DNA of 64,000 nucleotides, from the NCBI GenBank assembly GCA_964384105.1, contig CAYLJV010000002.1, positions 648 through 64,647 of the forward strand, written 5' to 3'. Shown here piece after piece: positions 9,405 through 18,474 of this stretch. Numbering within the stretch: position 1 is the first letter of the stretch; the number at the start of each line of letters is the position of its first letter. This DNA is from Candidatus Hadarchaeota archaeon (GTDB lineage: Archaea > Hadarchaeota > Hadarchaeia > Hadarchaeales > JAGGTB01). Position numbers and translations under genes: made by a program. The notes beneath the pieces are model-generated. The model worked only from the letters and a program-made list of their open reading frames with translations. It ran no database searches and was not told the origin of the DNA.

Positions 9405-10670
9405 ATGAAAGTATTGTTTCCGACAGAATATTATCCTCCTTCTGTAAAAGGAGGCGCCGAAATCAGTGCAAAACTGCTTGCTGAGGGATTGACAAATCAA
9501 GGCGTTGAGGTTCACGTGCTCACTCCAAAATACGATCCATCTAAAAACGATTTGTCGAAGGAAGATGGCGTCACGGTCCACAGATTTGAAAGCCCTAGAA
9601 GAATTTTCTTCAAGGGGCAAAAAGTAGCGGAAAGTGCTTACTCTAAAAGAAGAGCTCTTTATTATCTGGCTATAAACAGATATATTAGATTATCTTCCCG
9701 GGAATTTAGTAAAAAAATTTCTGAACTACAATCAAAAGAGAAATTTGACTTAGTGCACGCACAAAATGTAGAGTCAGTCTTCGGCTTAAATATGGCAGAC
9801 ATAGATGTTCCCAAAATAGCTCATATCAGAGGACTTCAATATTTTTGCATAAGCGGATCCAAGCAATTTGAAGGAGATTATTGCGAGGGTTGCTCAGTAA
9901 AAAAACTAAAGAGTTGTCTAGAAACAAATTTTCTCTTAGCAAAGTTAATTCAACGAGAGGTCGCATGGAGAAAAGAACACATTAAAAACTTTGACCACTA
10001 CATCTGTGTAAGCAAATACATAGCTCAAAAACTGTCCGAAGAGGGACTTCCAGCAAGAAGAATTACTGGTTTACATAATCCCATCGATAAAGATCATATT
10101 TCCGGTCTTAATAAGAACGAAGCAAGAAACAGGCTAGATTGGGATTATGAAAAAATTATTCTATATGTCGGAGGACTCACAAAGAACAAAGGAGTGGAAT
10201 ATCTTCCGGAAGTCGCTCAAAAAGTTCCAGAAGCGGACCTTGTTATTGTAGGGGGTGGCCCTCTTGAAAACTGGATATCCAAAAAAGCAGATTCTATTGA
10301 TAATCTCCACTGCAAGGGTCAATTCCCGTTCAGAGAGGTCAAACACTGCTATCGAGCAGCAGACATTTTATTCGTATCCTCAACTTGGCAAGAACCCTAC
10401 CCTCGAGTGGTTATAGAAGGCCAGTCAAATGGAGCCTGTGTAGTAGCATTTTCGGTAGGTGGAATCCCAGAAGCTATTGAAAATGGTAAAACGGGCTATT
10501 TGGTAGGGAGAGGAAACATTACAGAAATTGTAAACATTATTAGAAAGTTGTTTGAAAATAAGAATTTGATAGAAAGGATCGGTAAAAGCGCGCAAAAGAA
10601 AGTTTTGAGGCGAAATATAAAAGAAGAATTTGCCAGAGACGTAAAGGAAATTTATGAGTCGTTGAGTTAA
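9405..10670 (+). CDS. Glycosyltransferase family 4
   Basis: N-terminal 'PPSVKGGAEISAKLLAEGLTNQGVEVHV' and C-terminal 'EPYPRVVIEGQSNGACVVAFSVGGIPE'. Confidence 0.65.
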   Translation: MKVLFPTEYYPPSVKGGAEISAKLLAEGLTNQGVEVHVLTPKYDPSKNDLSKEDGVTVHRFESPRRIFFKGQKVAESAYSKRRALYYLAINRYIRLSSREFSKKISELQSKEKFDLVHAQNVESVFGLNMADIDVPKIAHIRGLQYFCISGSKQFEGDYCEGCSVKKLKSCLETNFLLAKLIQREVAWRKEHIKNFDHYICVSKYIAQKLSEEGLPARRITGLHNPIDKDHISGLNKNEARNRLDWDYEKIILYVGGLTKNKGVEYLPEVAQKVPEADLVIVGGGPLENWISKKADSIDNLHCKGQFPFREVKHCYRAADILFVSSTWQEPYPRVVIEGQSNGACVVAFSVGGIPEAIENGKTGYLVGRGNITEIVNIIRKLFENKNLIERIGKSAQKKVLRRNIKEEFARDVKEIYESLS

Positions 10671-10771
10671 ATTCGGCGGGATTTAAAAAACTTGGATTTC
10701 TATAAAACCTCCAATTATTACCATAGAAAAATAAAACATATTCTGCCAAGTCACCCCCCACCTATAATCTC

Positions 10772-11800
10772 TTATTTCTGGAGATTTTCATAAACATTCA
10801 AATACTTATCTGCAACTTTCCTCGGGTTGTGCTTTTCTTTTATTTCCCTGAACGCATTCTTTCCCAACTTCCTCCTGAGATTCGGGGAGTCAAGTAGTTT
10901 AATTATTTTTTTTGCTAAATCTGCAGTATCTCCTGGCTCAATCAAAAATCCGGATTCATTATCCCGGATAGTTTCTGGTATAGCACCAATTCTTGTACTT
11001 ACGATCGGCTTTGCGTGAGCCATAGCCTCCAAAAGGCTAACCGGAACGGATACAGGATCATGGGTTAAATATGGATAAGTAGCAATAGTGGCCGCTTCAA
11101 GTAGATTGTAAATTTCCCTCTCTTTCAGAAATCCGTAAAATTTCACCCTTTTTCTAATTCCGAGGTTTTTGGCTATTTCCTTATATTTTCGTTTGTATTT
11201 TGAAAGCGAATAATGTTTACAAGCTATAATAAATTCCACGTCCGGATGTTCTTCTAAAACCTTAGGAGCAGCTTTCAACACCTGAACTTCCCCTCTTTCT
11301 CTAAATTTTTTACCTGTGAATAATATCTTTTTATTATTTCTAAAAGAAATAGAAGACAGCTTCGAGCCCTCAACCGCAGGAGGTATCACCTGTAAGTTTC
11401 CTACTAAATGATGATCTTTTAAGAAATTCTTAAGAAACATGCAGGTCACTACACCTTCTATGTTAGGAGTTTTTGGCCATCTAAAGATAGGTGGAAGGGT
11501 ATTGAGCATGGTTTTGGAAAAAAGCATTGGCATTTTCGCAATATAATGTGAGGGGTTTAATTTTAACTTCTTCCAAATAGTTTTAAAATCATATCCCAGG
11601 GGGCCATAAAGTGTATATATATCAGGCCTCAGATTTAGCAAATCAGTAAGGGTATGGATATGGGCGTGATTTATGAAGTATTGCTTTGATTTATCGGAGA
11701 CCGATACTTTGTTACCTCTCTCCCTTAGAGCTTTGACCAGCTGGTTCGTACAAGTTCTAAGTCCCCCTCTCCGATCTCCAACTATCATATTAATTTTCAT
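10772..11800 (-). CDS. Glycosyltransferase family 4
   Basis: 'TYPYLTHDPVSVPVSLLEAMAHAKPIVSTRIGAIPE'. Confidence 0.65.
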   Translation of the reverse strand: MKINMIVGDRRGGLRTCTNQLVKALRERGNKVSVSDKSKQYFINHAHIHTLTDLLNLRPDIYTLYGPLGYDFKTIWKKLKLNPSHYIAKMPMLFSKTMLNTLPPIFRWPKTPNIEGVVTCMFLKNFLKDHHLVGNLQVIPPAVEGSKLSSISFRNNKKILFTGKKFRERGEVQVLKAAPKVLEEHPDVEFIIACKHYSLSKYKRKYKEIAKNLGIRKRVKFYGFLKEREIYNLLEAATIATYPYLTHDPVSVPVSLLEAMAHAKPIVSTRIGAIPETIRDNESGFLIEPGDTADLAKKIIKLLDSPNLRRKLGKNAFREIKEKHNPRKVADKYLNVYENLQK

Positions 11801-12324
11801 TATAACACTCGTCTAAATTTTTATTTCTTCTGAAGATGTAAGTGGAGATTCATTAAATAAATTTCTAATCTCAATAATAGGTTTCACGTACTTTTCCCAA
11901 ATATCCACTTTTGGAATCTTTCTCATTTATTATTTCTAATTTCATCCCTTAAATGGAAAATAATACCATATCTAACTTATTTCCCCAAACAAGATCATAG
12001 ATTCTGAACAGATAGTCATAGGATGGAATAACGAAAGAAACACAGAGGTTCTTCAAAGGTCTAAAAGGCATTTTTGAAGACATTATTTGAATTTCCAAAG
12101 AACCAGAAGTCTCAAAGATTGAAAAAGACTCGCGAGTGCGACAATAACGAAAATAAATGTTAAGATGACTATTTTTATTACTAACGCTCAGAGAAATAAC
12201 TGGTTGTAGACGAAAAGTTTTATCTATTTTGATATCAAGACAGCATTTTAAATGAAAGGCATTCTTTATAAATGTTCAAAACTTGTGAAGCTTATCCCAT
12301 AAAAATTGAATCAGGCGATTAAGA

Positions 12325-13176
12325 ATGAAATCCCAGAAAAAACTAATTCAAAATAGAGAATGGGATGTATTGATACTGCTAGATGCATGTCGATATGATA
12401 TCTTCAAAAAATGCTTTAAAAGGCATATTGAAGGCACTTTGAAGAAAGTGATTTCTGAGGGGTCCTGTACGCTTGATTGGCTTAAAGGAACTTTTAAGGA
12501 GAGCCATTTTAACGACGTTGTATATGTATCTGGAAATCCTTATATCAATTCTAAAGGAATCAGTATTCATGGATTCGATGGAACTAATCATTTTTATAAA
12601 ATTATTGACGCGTGGGAAAGTGGATGGATAGACGAGATAAAAACTGTTAAACCAGATGTAATGGGAAAAAAGACCCGACTTGCTAGGGCTAAGTACCCTG
12701 GTAAAAAAATAATCTCCCATTTCGCACAACCTCATTATCCATATCTATCGGAAAAGCTTGTCTATATGGGAGGCTTTACCGACGCTTTTTACAAAGCAAC
12801 AAATGAAAGAAATAGAATCGGGCTATTTTCACAAAAAATTAGAGAAATAATCGGGAGGATAATGAACAGAGTTTTAGGTTGGAGACTTACCCAAATGATA
12901 AGAAAAAAACTAAGCTTGATTGAATTAATTGGTGATCCTAGATTAAAAAAGTTCGCCCAAAAATATGGAACGACTTATCTTAAAAATGCATATGAGGAAA
13001 ATCTCATACTAGCTCTTACTGAAGTTCAAAATATTATTGATCGACTTCCCGACAATAAAATCGTAATAACATCTGATCACGGAGAATTACTGGGAGAAGA
13101 TGGAATCTATGGTCACCCAGAAGGACTGAATCATAACATACTGATTGAGGTTCCCTGGTTGGAAATAAATCACTGA
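12325..13176 (+). CDS. Alkaline-phosphatase-superfamily protein, subtype A
   Basis: 'LILLDACRYDIF', 'SEGSCTLDWL', 'VITSDHGELLGEDGIYGHPEGLNHNILIEVPW'. Confidence 0.5.
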   Translation: MKSQKKLIQNREWDVLILLDACRYDIFKKCFKRHIEGTLKKVISEGSCTLDWLKGTFKESHFNDVVYVSGNPYINSKGISIHGFDGTNHFYKIIDAWESGWIDEIKTVKPDVMGKKTRLARAKYPGKKIISHFAQPHYPYLSEKLVYMGGFTDAFYKATNERNRIGLFSQKIREIIGRIMNRVLGWRLTQMIRKKLSLIELIGDPRLKKFAQKYGTTYLKNAYEENLILALTEVQNIIDRLPDNKIVITSDHGELLGEDGIYGHPEGLNHNILIEVPWLEINH

Positions 13177-13285
13177 AAGTTTGGCTGTTTTGAAACTTTA
13201 TTTTTGATATTTTTGGCCACCTCCCCTATCAAAATCATAAAACAGATAGAAGAATATTCTTACACAAAAATAGTTAAATGAGAAA

Positions 13286-14226
13286 TCAGACAACATTTCT
13301 AAACCACTCAATAAACTCCTCAAGACCTCTCCCCAAATCGTAAACCGGCTCCCAGCCTAACTCTTTTTCAGCATTGGAAACGTCTGCCCAAGTGTGCCTA
13401 GCATCCCCCTCCCTCTGTTGAGTATGAACTACCTCACAATCACTTTCAGTGAGATTCCTAATCCTATCAACTAACTCGTTTACCGAAATACTCTCTCCAC
13501 TCCCAATATTATAAGCCTCCCCATCACTCACTTTTCTCTCCAAACAAAGGTTCTGAGCATCCACAATATCCTCAATATAGGTGAAGTCCCTCGTCTGCTC
13601 CCCATCTCCAAAAACTTTTATCTTCTCCCCCTTCAACGCCCTCCTAGTGAAAATAGATATAGCTAAATCAGGCCTCATTCTAGGTCCGTATACAGTAAAA
13701 TACCTCAAAGAAACTGTCGGAATCCCATAAATTTCACTGTAGACCCTCACGTAATTCTCCGCCGCGAGCTTTGACACCCCGTAGGGTGATACAGGAATCT
13801 TTCTGGACCCCTCCTTGAAAGGTAAATCTGGACTCCTGCCATAAACACTACTTGAAGAAGCAAACAAAAAGTGTTCTACCCCCTTCTTCCTAGCCGCTTC
13901 CAGAAGATTCAGGGTACCCCTGTGTTCACAGAGTGAGGCTTCTCTGGATTCTCGACCGAAACCCTGACCCCAGCCTGAGCCGCCTGATGATTAATAGCGT
14001 CCACGTCTTCCACAAGCCCAAAAACCAAATCCCTATCTCGAATGTCACCCCTCACGAACTCAAATGAATCGTAATCCCCCAGAATATCTAAATTCCTTTC
14101 CTTCAACAAAACATCGTAATATGGATCGAGATTATCCAAACAAACAACTTCATGTTCCTTCTCCAAAAGAGATTCACAGGTGTGACTTCCAATAAAACCG
14201 GCTCCTCCAGTAACCAGTATCCGCAC
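13286..14226 (-). pseudogene. NAD-dependent epimerase/dehydratase (UDP-sugar 4-epimerase family) split by a -1 frameshift in a GGGG run near 13868-13912 (pseudogene or homopolymer sequencing error)
   Basis: N-terminal ORF 13909..14226 carries '[11 protein letters not shown]'. C-terminal ORF 13286..13867 starts 'FASSSSVYG'. The intervening bases read [19 protein letters not shown] in the C-terminal frame, and one extra G in 'acagggg' would join the two frames. Confidence 0.7.
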
Positions 14227-14228
14227 TC

Positions 14229-15011
14229 TTAATCCTCGCCGAAGTGGTTATCGTCTCCCTGCGCAAGCCGATCAGCCTCCGCAAGTGACTCGAACGTCCC
14301 TATATCGTATCGATTGCCCTCGAATACATAACCGTAAAGCCCTCCCTCTCCCTTTCTAAGGGACTCAACCGCGTCCGTAAGCCACAGTTCTCCGCCTTTT
14401 CCGGGCTCTATCCTATCTATATATTTGAACAATTTTGCATTAATTATCATTAGACCGGCGATATTCAACCAGTGGTCATCCCTCCTGTAGGGTTGAGCCT
14501 CCTCCATGGTCGGCTTCTCGATCATCCCCACCACCACATTCTCCTCAGTGAGTTTAACCACTCCGAACCTCTTTGGGTCATCCACGGGATGAAGCACCAG
14601 CGTTCCACTTCCGTTCTTCTCCTCGTGAAACCTAACTATGTCCTTCATCGCACTGTAAGGGGAGATATAATTGTCCCCATACATTATAGCGAAGTCCTCG
14701 TCCTCTTCTACGAAGTCTCTAGCCAGAGAAACAGCGTGAGCCGTACCCCTTGGCTCTTCCTGAACCCGGTAGTAAATATCCAAATCCAGTCGCTCTCCAG
14801 AACCGAGATAATCAATTATCGCCTGCTTCTTCCTCCCCACAACAATGAGAACATCTTCCACACCACCGTGCTTCAGTACGTTCAATACGTGCTCTATCGT
14901 GGGCTTCTTCCCAACCCGAACGATCTCCTTTGGAATCGCATAAGTTATGGGTCTCAAACGGGTGCCCTCCCCCGCCGCGAGAACGACAGCCTTCTTAACC
15001 ACCCAAATCAC
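14229..15011 (-). CDS. Sugar-1-phosphate nucleotidyltransferase (glucose-1-phosphate thymidylyl/uridylyltransferase-like)
   Basis: '[23 protein letters not shown]' matches the G-x-G-T-R-L-x-P-x-T signature. A 4-nt overlap with the upstream gene suggests an operon. Confidence 0.7.
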   Translation of the reverse strand: MIWVVKKAVVLAAGEGTRLRPITYAIPKEIVRVGKKPTIEHVLNVLKHGGVEDVLIVVGRKKQAIIDYLGSGERLDLDIYYRVQEEPRGTAHAVSLARDFVEEDEDFAIMYGDNYISPYSAMKDIVRFHEEKNGSGTLVLHPVDDPKRFGVVKLTEENVVVGMIEKPTMEEAQPYRRDDHWLNIAGLMIINAKLFKYIDRIEPGKGGELWLTDAVESLRKGEGGLYGYVFEGNRYDIGTFESLAEADRLAQGDDNHFGED

Positions 15012-15892
15012 TCCCTCACACCATATCTCTCGGCCATGTACTCATTGATTTCCTCGACAGCCTTCAACAGCTCAGGCTCCTCCCCCACTTCCTCTTCTGC
15101 AAAGGCTATAAGTGCCCTCAAATCCTTCGGCAGACACTTACCACCAAAAGCCATCCCGTAAACCGTACCATACTTACCAATTCTATGGTCCATAGCCACG
15201 GCCTTTGCAACCCTGTCCGAATCTATATCTAATTCTTTACAGATCTTGAAAATCTGATTCCAATACGAGATCTTGGTCGCCAACATACAGTTGCTGGCAT
15301 ATTTTATCATTTCAGCTTCACTAAGTTCAGTTCTCACGATAGGAACATCAAGCCTTTCGTAAACTTTCTCCAGTTCGTCTCCCGACCTATCATCGTATTC
15401 CCCTATCACTATCCTGTCCGAGGAAAACCCCTTCTCGAATCTCCTTTCATCAGTCCAAGTGTCCGAGATCTCAGTCAAAAACTCCGGATTCATACAGACC
15501 CCAATATCCTCACCGATCTTTTTATCAGAAATCTTCTCGAGAACAGGAATAACAAGTTCCTCGGTCGTGGTCGTAACCACGGTACTTTTGACGACAACGA
15601 GATGATAGTCGTCCTTCTCTCTCAGTACCCTTGCAAGGTCTTCAACCGCTTCCTCCAAGTAATCTAAGTTAATCTTACCCTCTTCGGTAGGTGTGGGAAC
15701 GCAGAGAAAAGTGACATCGGAATCGAGAACGACTTCTTCCAGGTCAGTAGAGGCTTCATAACCCTGTTGGTTCAACGCTTCTACCCTTTCTTCAGAAATA
15801 TCATGGAAAACGACATCGTGTCCAAGACTAATCAGGCCCTTTCCCGTTTTCTCACCGACCCAACCGCTCCCAACGATGCTTATTCGAGTCAA
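15008..15892 (-). CDS. UDP-glucose / GDP-mannose dehydrogenase family protein with N-terminal and central domains only (no C-terminal UDP-binding domain)
   Basis: 'ISIVGSGWVGEKTG' NAD-binding motif and catalytic Cys motif 'FGGKCLPKDLRAL'. 294 aa versus about 430 aa in full-length UgdH. The stop overlaps the next gene. Confidence 0.6.
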   Translation of the reverse strand: MTRISIVGSGWVGEKTGKGLISLGHDVVFHDISEERVEALNQQGYEASTDLEEVVLDSDVTFLCVPTPTEEGKINLDYLEEAVEDLARVLREKDDYHLVVVKSTVVTTTTEELVIPVLEKISDKKIGEDIGVCMNPEFLTEISDTWTDERRFEKGFSSDRIVIGEYDDRSGDELEKVYERLDVPIVRTELSEAEMIKYASNCMLATKISYWNQIFKICKELDIDSDRVAKAVAMDHRIGKYGTVYGMAFGGKCLPKDLRALIAFAEEEVGEEPELLKAVEEINEYMAERYGVRE

Positions 15893-16046
15893 ACAGACAC
15901 CATCAAATCACTTGCTTAAATATCTAATAAAATCATTGTCCAGTAAGTTTGAACCACGACTCAAAGACAACTGCCCAATCCAAAAAAATTAAGCGGCCAC
16001 CGATTCTATTAATAATCAGTACGAGCACGATTACAGGGCGAGAAAA

Positions 16047-16277
16047 ATGAGAACCAAAAACTGGATCAAGATATTCAGCCTCTCCATCATCACGGGAATA
16101 TGGACACTTGGAGTTCCTGTATTCGTCAACCTTTCCACCAAAGGACCACTGGACCCAGATCACCACTTGACCACCATGGGGCTTGCCTGGCTAATAATCA
16201 CCCTAATACTTCTCGGAGCACTATTTTTCGTAGGATATCGAATATACAAGAAATCCACCAAGAAGAAGAAACAGTAA
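16047..16277 (+). CDS. Small predicted membrane protein (two hydrophobic helices, Lys-rich tail)
   Basis: Hydrophobicity pattern only. Confidence 0.25.
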   Translation: MRTKNWIKIFSLSIITGIWTLGVPVFVNLSTKGPLDPDHHLTTMGLAWLIITLILLGALFFVGYRIYKKSTKKKKQ

Positions 16278-16349
16278 AACAAGGCAAATTATCAAACTCC
16301 GAGAAAAACATCCAAAGATAGTTAAGAGCCACCAACTCACTAAAATTCA

Positions 16350-17237
16350 ATGCCAGAAGAAGACACCACCTTAGAAAAGCTCAAAGAATCCTTCCCAATA
16401 AGCCAAGAGGAGGCAGAATCTCTTTTAGAACACCTGAAGACCTCCTGGAGATCGGAGGAACTAGTACCCCAACCGGAAGGCTACATCCTGGTTCCAACAA
16501 AGAGAATAGTCGAACCGGAACACCCGATAAGAGAGAACCCGGGGAACCTGAAACCCATCGCAAAATCGATAGAAAGAGAAGGAAACCTCCAGCCGATCTG
16601 CCTCAGACCACTGGACGAAGAATGGAGAAAGTTCACCCCAATAATAGGAAGAAGACGGTTCAGAGCCTGCACAGAAATATTGGGCATGAAGGAAATACCG
16701 GCCTACATTCGAGAAGTAGAGGAGGAAGAAGTGCCATCGATAGCTCTTGAAGAAAATATATTCCGAAAGAACCTGGAACCCTCCGAGCTCCTGAACGCAA
16801 TGCTCGAACTCAGGGAACTGGGATACGCACAGAAGGGGATAGCCGAGGTGGTCAACATGAGTCAGCCCGAGGTCTCGACCTACCTGAGAGTTCCAGAACT
16901 ACCCGACGATATTCGAGACGCCTTCTTTTCGGGAAATATATCGCTGGAGCACATCAAGGTCCTCCTCAAGATGAAAGGGAAGAGCAGGGAGAAACTCTTC
17001 GGTAGAATGATGGAAGAGAACCTGAGTGTCAACGACTCTAAAGCAATAGCGAAGCTGATGACCGGCGAGTTCGAGGTACCCGAGTTCTTCGACGGAGAGG
17101 AGTTCGAGTCCCGATTAGGGAGAAGCGTCGATTACAAAAGCACCAGCAGGAGCGCAAGGTTATCGGTAAAAGCAGAAAACGAGGAGAAACTGGGCGAGAT
17201 ACTGATGGAAATCCTGAAAGTAAAAAAGATAGAATAG
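16350..17237 (+). CDS. ParB/Srx (ParB N-terminal nuclease-like) domain protein with C-terminal HTH
   Basis: 'NLQPICLRPLDEEWRKFTPIIGRRRFRACTEI' resembles the ParB box region. The 3' end lies inside a ~90 bp repeat. Confidence 0.5.
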   Translation: MPEEDTTLEKLKESFPISQEEAESLLEHLKTSWRSEELVPQPEGYILVPTKRIVEPEHPIRENPGNLKPIAKSIEREGNLQPICLRPLDEEWRKFTPIIGRRRFRACTEILGMKEIPAYIREVEEEEVPSIALEENIFRKNLEPSELLNAMLELRELGYAQKGIAEVVNMSQPEVSTYLRVPELPDDIRDAFFSGNISLEHIKVLLKMKGKSREKLFGRMMEENLSVNDSKAIAKLMTGEFEVPEFFDGEEFESRLGRSVDYKSTSRSARLSVKAENEEKLGEILMEILKVKKIE

Positions 17238-17311
17238 CCTTCCTTTAGAAAATAAAGCAATTTTAGGAGATTTAGTATAGGTGACCTATAATCGATAACT
17301 CGAAGATTTTT
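17220..17311 (+). repeat. Direct repeat copy 1 (~90 bp, ~85-90 % identical to 17953..18047), includes the 3' end of the ParB-like gene
   Basis: Alignment by eye: ...aaaaaaga..gaaatag.c.tc.tt...aaaataaagcaattttaggagNtttagtataggtgacctataatcgataactcgaagatttt. Confidence 0.7.
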
Positions 17312-17357
17312 TCTTTAAAAGGGGACTGGTTCTAAATGGTTTTCAGGATAATACGGT

Positions 17358-17606
17358 ATGAAAATAGTCTTTTCCAATCATTCGCTGAAAAGATTGAAGC
17401 AAAGAAATATCTCGAGGAGAAAAATCGGGGGAATTCTAAAAAATCCAGATGAAACTCGAAAAGGAAAATACGGAAGAAAAATTGCACACAGGTGGGAAAA
17501 CGACAAATTAATTCGGGTAGTCTATATTAAAAAAGGAGAAAGAAGATACGTTATAACAGCCTACAAGACAGAACCAGACAGATATGGTGATAAAAAATGG
17601 AAATAA
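17358..17606 (+). CDS. DUF4258-family protein (toxin-like)
   Basis: 'SNHSLKRLKQRNISRRKI...LIRVVYIKKGERRYVITAY' matches the DUF4258 pattern. Overlaps the DUF2283 gene. Confidence 0.55.
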   Translation: MKIVFSNHSLKRLKQRNISRRKIGGILKNPDETRKGKYGRKIAHRWENDKLIRVVYIKKGERRYVITAYKTEPDRYGDKKWK

Positions 17607-17803
17607 GTTACGACCCAGAAGTAAACGTCCTAAACATACAATTACAAAAAGGAAATTATGAAAAAAGCATAGAGGTAGACGACAGAATCATAATCGACTA
17701 CTCAACTGATGGAAAGATAATGAACATCGAGATACTAGACGCAACAGAAAGAATATCCACAAAAACCATCGAAAACATGAAAAAACGAAAATCCATAGCA
17801 TAA
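17597..17803 (+). CDS. DUF2283-family protein (partner of DUF4258)
   Basis: 'YDPEVNVLNIQLQKG...DGKIMNIEILDA'. Confidence 0.6.
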   Translation: MEISYDPEVNVLNIQLQKGNYEKSIEVDDRIIIDYSTDGKIMNIEILDATERISTKTIENMKKRKSIA

Positions 17804-17836
17804 TCTCTCGTAAAATATATTTCTAAGAATACAAGG

Positions 17837-18016
17837 ATGAAGAAAAAACTAGAACAGAGTATACAAAAAACCATGAAAAAAATGCTGAAGGAAGAATTCG
17901 ACAGATGGGAAGCAACGTTCAAACTGGTCAAAGACAGGGCTATCCAAGAGAAGATAAAAAAGAGCCGAAATAGACTTCTTTCCAAAAATAAAGCAATTTT
18001 AGGAGTTTTAGTATAG
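17837..18016 (+). CDS. Small basic ORF (59 aa) whose 3' end lies in the second copy of the ~90 bp repeat
   Basis: ATG-initiated ORF just below the 60-aa track cut-off. Its 3' end is paralogous to the 3' end of 16350..17237. Confidence 0.2.
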   Translation: MKKKLEQSIQKTMKKMLKEEFDRWEATFKLVKDRAIQEKIKKSRNRLLSKNKAILGVLV

Positions 18017-18047
18017 GTGACCTATAATCGATAACTCGAAGATTTTT
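17953..18047 (+). repeat. Direct repeat copy 2, includes the 3' end of the 59-aa ORF
   Basis: Same as above. The core 63 nt is identical except for one base. Confidence 0.7.
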
Positions 18048-18084
18048 ATCTCCTATTAAAAAACTCTCTCAAAATATTCAATCG

Positions 18085-18474
18085 ATGAGAATTATTCACG
18101 AAATCCCGATTCTGAATCTCAAGGAAATTTTTTATACGCTCAAAGTACATTTTTTAAACGAGAAAATGCTGAAATCGAAGGAACGTGGGACCCCGATAAG
18201 GGAAGTCTTTGGGAATTCTCCAATGGTAAAAGTATTGGACACGTTGATAGAGAATCCAAAGCTCGACTACACAAAAAAGGAGCTTGCCGAAGCCGCCGGA
18301 ATAAGTAAGTCTACACTCTACAAGCTGTGGAACCAGCTAGAAGTAAATGAAATAATAGAGGAAACCCGAAGTATAGGGAACGCCACCCTGTACAAATTAA
18401 ATGAAGACTCGAGGATCGTACAAGAACTCGTCAAGTTCGAAAAAAGACTGCTTCAACTTCAAGAAGATCGGTGA
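18085..18474 (+). CDS. Winged-helix transcriptional regulator
   Basis: 'KKELAEAAGISKSTLYKLWNQLEVNEIIEE'. The true start may be the internal Met at about 18162. Confidence 0.5.
   Translation: MRIIHEIPILNLKEIFYTLKVHFLNEKMLKSKERGTPIREVFGNSPMVKVLDTLIENPKLDYTKKELAEAAGISKSTLYKLWNQLEVNEIIEETRSIGNATLYKLNEDSRIVQELVKFEKRLLQLQEDR

Noticed and set aside
14472-15161. 229-aa ORF antisense to the nucleotidyltransferase / dehydrogenase genes
   Set aside because: It overlaps two well-supported genes on the other strand. Low-complexity translation.
17698-17985. 95-aa Phe/Ile-rich minus-strand ORF overlapping DUF2283 and the 59-aa ORF
   Set aside because: The hydrophobic low-complexity translation is typical of the antisense strand of an AT-rich gene. 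The plus-strand genes have family signatures.
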